Assembly: GCA_047602425.1 (NCBI GenBank) | Contig: JASGHG010000001.1 | Location: 928,001-992,000 of the forward strand | Length of the DNA stretch: 64,000 nucleotides | From: Nibricoccus sp. | GTDB lineage: Bacteria; Verrucomicrobiota; Verrucomicrobiia; Opitutales; Opitutaceae | Reading direction: 5' to 3' | Shown: positions 57,578 to 64,000 of the stretch, one piece after another | Layout: every line of letters starts with the position of its first letter | How positions within the stretch are numbered: the first letter of the stretch is position 1 | The notes under the pieces: generated by a model | What the model was told of the DNA's origin: nothing | What the model saw: only the letters and a program-made list of their open reading frames with translations | The model's database searches: none | Program-made: the position numbers and the translations under genes

Positions 57578-59608
57578 ATGAATAGATTAATACCCCATCG
57601 GATCATCGTGCTCGCGTGCATCCTCATGTTGCCCTTGGCAGCATTCGCGCAACTCCCCTCCCCGACCTACGGCTGGAACCTCGGCAACACCCTTGAGCCT
57701 CCCTCCGGCGAAGGAACCTGGGGTCCTGCCGCCACCCAGAACCTTATCAACGCGGTCGCCAACGCCGGCTTCAACACCGTACGCCTGCCGGTCGCGTGGG
57801 ACAGCCACGCTAACCAGTCCACATACGTCATTGATTCCGCCTGGATGGCCCGCGTCAAGCAGGTGGTCGACTGGTGCGTCGCCAGAAATCTCTACGTGAT
57901 CATCAATTGCCATTGGGACAACGGCTGGTTGGAAAACAATATCACCGACAGCGTGAACCCGACGATCAACGCGAAGATGCAGTCTTATTGGACGCAGATC
58001 GCGAACACGTTTAAAAATTATGACAGCAGGTTGATCTTTGCCGGCGCCAACGAACCCGCCGTCGATACCGCCGCGGAGATGACCACGCTCAACGCCTATT
58101 ATCAGACGTTCATCAACGCCGTACGCGCCACCGGCGGCAACAACAGCACCCGCTGGCTCGCGATTCAGGGCCCGAGCACCGACATCGACTACACAGATTC
58201 GTTGATGAATACGCTGCCCACCGACTCGGCCTCCGGTCGGCTGATGATCGAAGTTCACTATTACTCTCCGTACCAATTCACCCTCATGACGGCCGACGCC
58301 GACTGGGGAAAAATGTTCTACTTCTGGGGCCAGGCCTACCACCACGCCACCCGCACCGATCGCAACGCGAACTGGGGCGAGGAAGCGTATGTCAACTCGC
58401 AATTCGAAAAAATGCGCGCCAAGTTCATCGCCCGCGGAATTCCCGTGATTATCGGCGAATTCCAGGGCTTCAAACGCGCCGTCAGTTCCGACCTCACCGG
58501 AACCGATTACAACCTCCACGTCGCCTCGCGAACCTTCTTCCATAAAACCATCGTCGACACTGCCAATAGCAAAGGCCTCAAGCCCATCTACTGGGACATC
58601 GCCGGTCAGATGTTCGATTGGACCACCGGTGCGACCACCGACGCGGACAACCTGCGCACCCTCGTCGGCGGTGCCGCGCTGCCGCCTCCCGGAACGTCGA
58701 ACCTCACCGTATCGGCCACGTCGCTCTCGCTCGGCGCGAGTGCAGGCAGCACGACATTCTCCATCACTTCAAACGTGTCGTGGACCACGTCTGACGACCA
58801 ATCCTGGCTCACCGTTACCCCGGCGAGCGGTTCCAACAATGCGACGGCCACAGTCACAGCCACCGCCAACACCGCCACGACCTCGCGCACCGGCACCGTC
58901 ACGGTCACCGGCAGTGGCATCACCCGCACGATCACCGTCACCCAGAGCGGCGTAACGTCGTCGAACCTCACCGTATCGACAACATCGCTCTCCTTCGGCG
59001 CCGCGGCCGGCAGCGCCTCGTTCTCGATCACGTCGAACGTCTCGTGGACCACGACCGACAATCAATCGTGGATCACCGTGACGCCCGCCAGCGGATCGAA
59101 CAACGCCACCGCAACGGTCACCGTCACCGCCAACACCGCCACCGCCTCGCGCAGCGGCACTGTCACCGTCACCGGCGGCAGCATTACCCGAACCATCACC
59201 GTAACCCAGGCCGGCACAACCGGCACGACGGCAGATACCTATCAGGCCGAGAGCGGCACCATTGCCGGCGGTGTGACGATTGACAGCAACAACACCGGTT
59301 TCAACGGCACGGGCTTCGCGAACTTCCCCGCCAACGGCGGCTCGCTCACCTTCAGCAATGTGGACGGCAACGGCGGCGGCACGAAAGCCCTGCAAATTCG
59401 ATACGCGCTGGGCATCACGTCCTCTCGCACCGGCACGATCACCGTTAACGGCACAGCCACGAACATCACGTTTGCACCCACGGGATCATGGACAACCTGG
59501 AACACCCTCACCGTGAACATCACGCTGAACAACAATTCCACCAATACGATCCGCTTCGCCTCCACCGGTTCCGATCTAGGCAACATCGACCAAATTATCG
59601 TGCCCTAG
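57578..59608 (+). CDS. GH5 endoglycanase with two BACON domains and C-terminal CBM35/CBM6-like module
   Basis: Signal peptide; GWNLGNTLE, NEP, HYY, IGEF; two W..W..VTPASG..N...R repeats; YQAESG...GF.GTGF. Confidence 0.9.
   Translation: MNRLIPHRIIVLACILMLPLAAFAQLPSPTYGWNLGNTLEPPSGEGTWGPAATQNLINAVANAGFNTVRLPVAWDSHANQSTYVIDSAWMARVKQVVDWCVARNLYVIINCHWDNGWLENNITDSVNPTINAKMQSYWTQIANTFKNYDSRLIFAGANEPAVDTAAEMTTLNAYYQTFINAVRATGGNNSTRWLAIQGPSTDIDYTDSLMNTLPTDSASGRLMIEVHYYSPYQFTLMTADADWGKMFYFWGQAYHHATRTDRNANWGEEAYVNSQFEKMRAKFIARGIPVIIGEFQGFKRAVSSDLTGTDYNLHVASRTFFHKTIVDTANSKGLKPIYWDIAGQMFDWTTGATTDADNLRTLVGGAALPPPGTSNLTVSATSLSLGASAGSTTFSITSNVSWTTSDDQSWLTVTPASGSNNATATVTATANTATTSRTGTVTVTGSGITRTITVTQSGVTSSNLTVSTTSLSFGAAAGSASFSITSNVSWTTTDNQSWITVTPASGSNNATATVTVTANTATASRSGTVTVTGGSITRTITVTQAGTTGTTADTYQAESGTIAGGVTIDSNNTGFNGTGFANFPANGGSLTFSNVDGNGGGTKALQIRYALGITSSRTGTITVNGTATNITFAPTGSWTTWNTLTVNITLNNNSTNTIRFASTGSDLGNIDQIIVP
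58697..59224 (+). repeat. tandem 264-bp intragenic duplication (BACON x2)
   Basis: Both units begin TCGAACCTCACCGTATCG (58697, 58961). Confidence 0.85.
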
Positions 59609-59627
59609 TACTCATCCGTTAGTTATT

Positions 59628-59698
59628 GAATGGAGGGTCGACTTCCACGCCGACCGTTGGCTCATGCCATGGCCGACTTGGAAGTCGGCCCTCCATTC
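59628..59698. repeat. GGAG-type REP doublet (REPIN)
   Basis: GAATGGAGGGTCGACTTCCACGCCGACC ... GGCCGACTTGGAAGTCGGCCCTCCATTC, imperfect inverted pair. Confidence 0.75.
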
Positions 59699-60319
59699 CA
59701 GCGGATCGTTGAACGGCGCTCTCTTTGCCTCGACCGCCTGTTCCACGATTCCACGGCCCATCTTTCGCCCACGCCCTCAAATCGGCCAGTGAAGCGTCAG
59801 GGGACTGAAATGCGGAGCCCTCGTTGCAGTATCGACTCCCTATGCCTTGGTTCGACTGCAACTTATAGCACTCCAATGAAACCATAGCCGCTGGTTTGTT
59901 GGTAGCGGCGCAAAAATTCGGCGAGGTTTGGCAGTCTGATTTTTTGATCACAGTTTTCCACAAATGCGGTTGTATCGCCGAGCTGTAGCATCGCCTTCGG
60001 CGACCAAATTGAGATGACCGCGCCCGACACCCCCGTTTGAGGGAAAGATGTAAATCGTGAAAACAACTTAAACCACCAATTAGTACTAATAGGCGCGAAT
60101 ATCAAAACTGATACATTGATGAGGGTTGTTAGTCAGGGCTTTAAGCGCAAAGCATGAGTGGTATTGTTCGTCTCAAGAAATCAATGGGGTCCAGCTCCAG
60201 GGTTTCATTTGCACCCCCCTATGCTTCCGAGTTCTGAAGTTTCGTGTAGTTCCGCCCGGCATGCCACCGGCGTGAGGTCGCTAAACTACTCCTTAGCACT
60301 AACCCCACCGCCAAAAAAC

Positions 60320-60514
60320 ATGTCTAAAGATCACGAGCAGCAACGAAAGGAACTCTGGTGCGAGGTCTATGCTGCCGCCATAAAATCGTCTGATTCTGCC
60401 GATCCGCAGGAAGCCGAAAAACGAGCGGATACAGCGCTCAGTTTATTCGACCAACGGTTTTCACCGCCGACTATCGTGGAAAATGACGGCTTGGATTCTG
60501 TCGCGCTCATGTGA
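60320..60514 (+). CDS. small hypothetical protein
   Basis: 64 aa helical MSKDHEQQRKELWCEVY..ADTALSLFDQRF; A-rich sequence before ATG. Confidence 0.6.
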   Translation: MSKDHEQQRKELWCEVYAAAIKSSDSADPQEAEKRADTALSLFDQRFSPPTIVENDGLDSVALM

Positions 60515-60720
60515 CACGTGCCAGGGGCTCGATCTTCACCACTTCATCGAGGTCGATTGAGTTTGGAGCTTGTGGTCGGTCGCTATTGGTTCGTTCTATC
60601 AGTCCAACCGGCGAATAACATCGTGCGGTAAACCGCCTTCGAAACGGACAAGGCTGTGCCTTCCCCTGCGCTCAATCTTCTCCTCGCACCGGGCTTCGAT
60701 CGTCGCCAAGTTTGGGCACT

Positions 60721-61722
60721 GTGATCACCGCCGCTTTTTACGATACGAAGTCCTACGATCGGGAGTACCTAGCCTTGGCGCCATCGGCCGGCCAGTTGCA
60801 AAATGTGTTCCACGAATTTCGGCTCAGCCGAGAAACCGTGGCCACCGCCGCCGGCGCCCAAGCCGTCTGCGTTTTCGTCAACGACCGCGTTGACCGTCCC
60901 TGCTTGGAACAACTCGCGGCCCTCGGCGTTCGGCACGTGGCTTTGCGCTGCGCCGGTTTCAACAACGTCGATCTCGCCGCCGCTAAAGCCCTCGGCCTCG
61001 CGGTCACGCGCGTCCCGGCCTACTCACCTCACGCTGTCGCCGAACACACGGTCGCGTTGCTGCAGACACTCAACCGCAAACTTCATCGCGCCTACAACCG
61101 CGTCCGCGAACACAATTTTTCCCTCTCCGGTCTCGTGGGTTTCGATCTCCACGGCAAGACGGTCGGCATTGTCGGTACCGGCCGGATCGGCCGAATCACC
61201 GCGGAGATCTTTCGCGGCTTCGGTTGCCGGATCGTCGCGCACGATCCCTTTCCCGCGACCGAATGGGCCGACGCCCAGGGTGTCGCGTATCTGCCCCTCG
61301 AAGATCTTCTCGCGGTCAGCGACATCGTCTCCCTCCATCTACCCCTGACGCCACAGAGTCAGCATCTCCTCAACCGCACCACCCTCGCCCACATGAAACG
61401 CGGCGCTTACCTGCTCAATACCAGCCGTGGCAAACTGATCGAAACACAGGCCCTGATTGCCCACCTCAAATCCGGCCACCTCGGCGGCGTCGGCCTCGAT
61501 GTCTACGAAGAAGAGGAAGGAATTTTCTTCGAAGATCATTCCGGCGAGGTCATGCAGGACGATGCGCTCTCGCGCCTGCTGACATTTCCCAACGTCCTGG
61601 TCACTTCCCACCAAGCCTATTTCACCGCCGAGGCCCTCCGCGAAATCATGCGCGTGACAACGGAAAACATTCTCCACGGCGCGACCGACCAGGCTTTTCT
61701 CGAAGGCACCCGTCTCGCTTAA
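60721..61722 (+). CDS. ldhA: D-lactate dehydrogenase / D-2-hydroxyacid dehydrogenase
   Basis: LRCAGFNNVD, VPAYSPHAVAEH, GTGRIG, NTSRG, LDVYEEE, TSHQA. Confidence 0.9.
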   Translation: MITAAFYDTKSYDREYLALAPSAGQLQNVFHEFRLSRETVATAAGAQAVCVFVNDRVDRPCLEQLAALGVRHVALRCAGFNNVDLAAAKALGLAVTRVPAYSPHAVAEHTVALLQTLNRKLHRAYNRVREHNFSLSGLVGFDLHGKTVGIVGTGRIGRITAEIFRGFGCRIVAHDPFPATEWADAQGVAYLPLEDLLAVSDIVSLHLPLTPQSQHLLNRTTLAHMKRGAYLLNTSRGKLIETQALIAHLKSGHLGGVGLDVYEEEEGIFFEDHSGEVMQDDALSRLLTFPNVLVTSHQAYFTAEALREIMRVTTENILHGATDQAFLEGTRLA

Positions 61723-61763
61723 ACCACGCTGTACCGCCAACAGAGCGGAATCCTATCCTGTCT

Positions 61764-63413
61764 CTACGGCGTGGAGTTTTCCTGCGGCTCAAAAGGCTCC
61801 ACGCGTTTAAAGTCCGTGCGCGTCGCTTCGATCGACCGCGAAATTTTTACGAGCATCACTCGCGCACCTCCGCCGATTTTCAAAAACGCCAACTGCGGTG
61901 CGAGCGAAGGATCCAACATTTGGAAACGCGCCTCGAGTCCCGCGTCGGTCACCTTTGCGACGCCGGCGACACGCAACGGTTCGCGCAGTTTCAGCGAGAA
62001 ATCCTCGAACCCGCGGTTCGTTTTGTTCACGCGAAAACGCGCCTGAAATTTGTCGGCGGGAAATTCCGCATTCGACGCCTTTACCGGCAGTTCGAAGACC
62101 ACGACCGCCGTTTCGTCCGCACAAATCCGCACGTCGTCGATATCGACGATGCTCAGGAGCGGCGGCATCTGGCTTAAACTCACTTCAGATCCCCGCCCTT
62201 CGTCGCGCCATTTTTTTAGATACGCGGCTTTGGGCGTTTTGCCATCCACCTTGAGCAAGGTGCGGCGTTCCTCCGCCGGTTTGGAGGGATCGATCCGCAC
62301 GGTCGTCACGTGGCCGTCCTCCAACGACCGCGACGTTTCCGTGTAGGCCCAGCAGTCCTCGCCGCTTCCCAGCTTGCCGAGCGCCGTCAGGAAAAGCTCC
62401 TTCTGCTCCGCCGTGGCCGCAGGCAATTTCAGAAACGACTCCGCCCGCACTACACCCGCACCCGTGCCCGCGCTTTTCGGGGCAACCGTCGGACGATTGT
62501 AGCTGGTGATGGTTTCGGTCTTCCCGGACAAAGCCTCGAACGGCCAGCGTCCGGTGACGCGGCCGACTTTGTGCAGCCAGAAATCGATCTCCGCTTCAAA
62601 CTCGGCCCGCACCTCCTCCGCGGAAAACTCCCGTCGCTTTCCTTTTATCTTCGGCGCCACGCAGTGCCCGCGGTCCATCGCCCCCGAGGGCGACGTCAGA
62701 AAACTGCTCGCCTCCAGCTCCGGCGACGGCGACCGATGCTCCAGCGTGATCTCGGTCTTGCCGCGCTGCTGCGTCACCCAGATGCGATGCGTGCCCGTCG
62801 GCTGCACGATGCGCCATTCGTAGCCGAGGGCGCCTGGCCCCATCGACCAAATCCCATTATCCAAAACCTCCCGGGCGAGCGCCGCCAGCGGCCCCTCTTC
62901 CTTGACCACCGCCGGACTCCGGCCCTCCGGTGGACTCCATTTCTCGCTGCCCCAACGCGGTGGTGCCGACGGCAGGGTCAACGTCACCGTCCGCAACTCT
63001 TTCGTCTCCGCCGAACGAACGGCCATCGTCACCGTCACGCTCTTCTTGCCCGCTTCGAGTTCGGCCCATTTTCGCTGTTGTAGCTTGTCCGGCTTGAACG
63101 CCATCGACCAGACCGACGGCGTTTTCCCGTCGATCTTTTCAATCAGCTCCCCCGGCTTCAACCCCGCCTTGGCCGCCGCCGTATTCGGAAAAACTTCCGC
63201 CACCGTCACCGTATCGAACCCAGGAATCCGAATCGTGACATTAAAGCGAACTCCCAAATCTTCCATCCGCACGCCCCTGACCTGCATGGAGGGAAGCACC
63301 GTCACATCCTCGATCTCCCGCTCCTGCGCCACACCCCACGCTCCGCTCCCCAACAAAAACAAAAAGAACAACAGCAGGCGCACCGGTCGAACCAACCAAG
63401 CGAAGAGCAACAT
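61764..63413 (-). CDS. exported PDZ-domain protein
   Basis: Hydrophobic N-terminus; VAEVFPNTAAAKAGLKPGELIEKIDG. Confidence 0.75.
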   Translation of the reverse strand: MLLFAWLVRPVRLLLFFLFLLGSGAWGVAQEREIEDVTVLPSMQVRGVRMEDLGVRFNVTIRIPGFDTVTVAEVFPNTAAAKAGLKPGELIEKIDGKTPSVWSMAFKPDKLQQRKWAELEAGKKSVTVTMAVRSAETKELRTVTLTLPSAPPRWGSEKWSPPEGRSPAVVKEEGPLAALAREVLDNGIWSMGPGALGYEWRIVQPTGTHRIWVTQQRGKTEITLEHRSPSPELEASSFLTSPSGAMDRGHCVAPKIKGKRREFSAEEVRAEFEAEIDFWLHKVGRVTGRWPFEALSGKTETITSYNRPTVAPKSAGTGAGVVRAESFLKLPAATAEQKELFLTALGKLGSGEDCWAYTETSRSLEDGHVTTVRIDPSKPAEERRTLLKVDGKTPKAAYLKKWRDEGRGSEVSLSQMPPLLSIVDIDDVRICADETAVVVFELPVKASNAEFPADKFQARFRVNKTNRGFEDFSLKLREPLRVAGVAKVTDAGLEARFQMLDPSLAPQLAFLKIGGGARVMLVKISRSIEATRTDFKRVEPFEPQENSTP

Positions 63414-63603
63414 CCGAACTGGTACCTTCGCCTCAAACGTTTGTTCCTGCGTAACTTCACCGGTCCCTCAAATCGGTTAATTAAGGCCTAGCGTGTTATA
63501 ACGTAGGACGTGTTAGGCCAAGCTTCAGAGCCCAAACGACTGGTTCGAACAACCTTCAACAAACGATGATTTCCTCACTTCAATCAAAAGGCACCCGTAT
63601 CGG

Positions 63604-63999
63604 TCATTCAGCGAGCGCGTTAAGCCGTTCTACGAGTTCGAAAACGTTGGTCGAAGGGTTGTGAGCTTCAGCATTCCACGCTGGATAACGCGTGAGCAAT
63701 TTGCGCGCATTCTTAATTGCCGTCCGCTGACGCTCCTTCAACAATTCATACATCCCGTCGAAGTTCTTGCGATATGTCTGACCCATTACGCTTGTCAGTC
63801 TTTCTGCATATGTCTGACGGGAGATGCCGGCATCATGAAAATTGAAGTGAAGGAGATACCACAATTCGAACGCTTCATTCGAAACCGCAGTCCTAATCTT
63901 CTCGTTGCGCGCAACCTGCAAAGCCCGATTAAAATTGTGTGCGTCAAACGAATCCCGATCAAAAACGCACCATACCTCATTGAATGGTTTGTCAGCGTC
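63604..63999 (-). CDS. RloB-family protein, 5' part outside the window
   Basis: Frame open to the window edge: VWCVFDRD, SNEAFELWYLLHF, NPSTNV..LV. Confidence 0.88.
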   Translation of the reverse strand, partial: DADKPFNEVWCVFDRDSFDAHNFNRALQVARNEKIRTAVSNEAFELWYLLHFNFHDAGISRQTYAERLTSVMGQTYRKNFDGMYELLKERQRTAIKNARKLLTRYPAWNAEAHNPSTNVFELVERLNALAE

Positions 64000-64000
64000 G

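Noticed and set aside
59863..60105. 80-aa low-GC ORF
   Set aside because: No recognisable motif; cannot be distinguished from a chance ORF or relic
60246..60289. GTAGTT...AACTAC stem-loop upstream of the 64-aa gene as a structured RNA
   Set aside because: Short stem, no match to a family I recognise; needs covariation evidence
63485..63519. attC site (bottom strand GCCTAAC...GCTAGGC)
   Set aside because: Only 35 bp, lacks L boxes and a GTT core on that strand

Overview
GC-rich bacterial chromosome segment; gene content and style suggest Verrucomicrobiota/Opitutaceae (inference, not verified). The left end (1-1200) is the tail of an integron cassette array: one intact attC and two cassette ORFs. 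The last attC is interrupted by a 5'-truncated group IIC-attC intron, whose RT remnant is itself split by a 95-bp hairpin element. Housekeeping genes follow (DEAD-box helicase, POT transporter, thioredoxin, CvfB, S4 protein). Bases 8675-37015 hold a complete single-strand type VI secretion locus: all 13 Tss core genes, PAAR, TagJ and TagF, in an order resembling P. aeruginosa H1-T6SS. The fha1/pppA/ppkA positions are instead occupied by an FHA-less TagH-like protein, a GYF_2 membrane protein and an apparent pseudokinase. Two candidate effector-immunity pairs are present: PAAR-papain-like peptidase with a tandem-domain exported immunity protein, and a TNT/Tne2-like NADase candidate with an Imm49-containing protein. 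To the right: a ~1.5 kb AT-rich leader, tRNA-Leu(CAA), rsmE, an unusual lipoyl-PSBD-FabH fusion, kdsA, pyrG, GH28, an exosortase/VIT pair behind a cre-tag-like repeat array, rapA, a stand-alone gap with a divergent GlxA-type regulator, GH5-BACON-CBM, D-lactate dehydrogenase, a PDZ protein and a partial RloB gene. All family calls come from motif recognition by eye; no searches were run.
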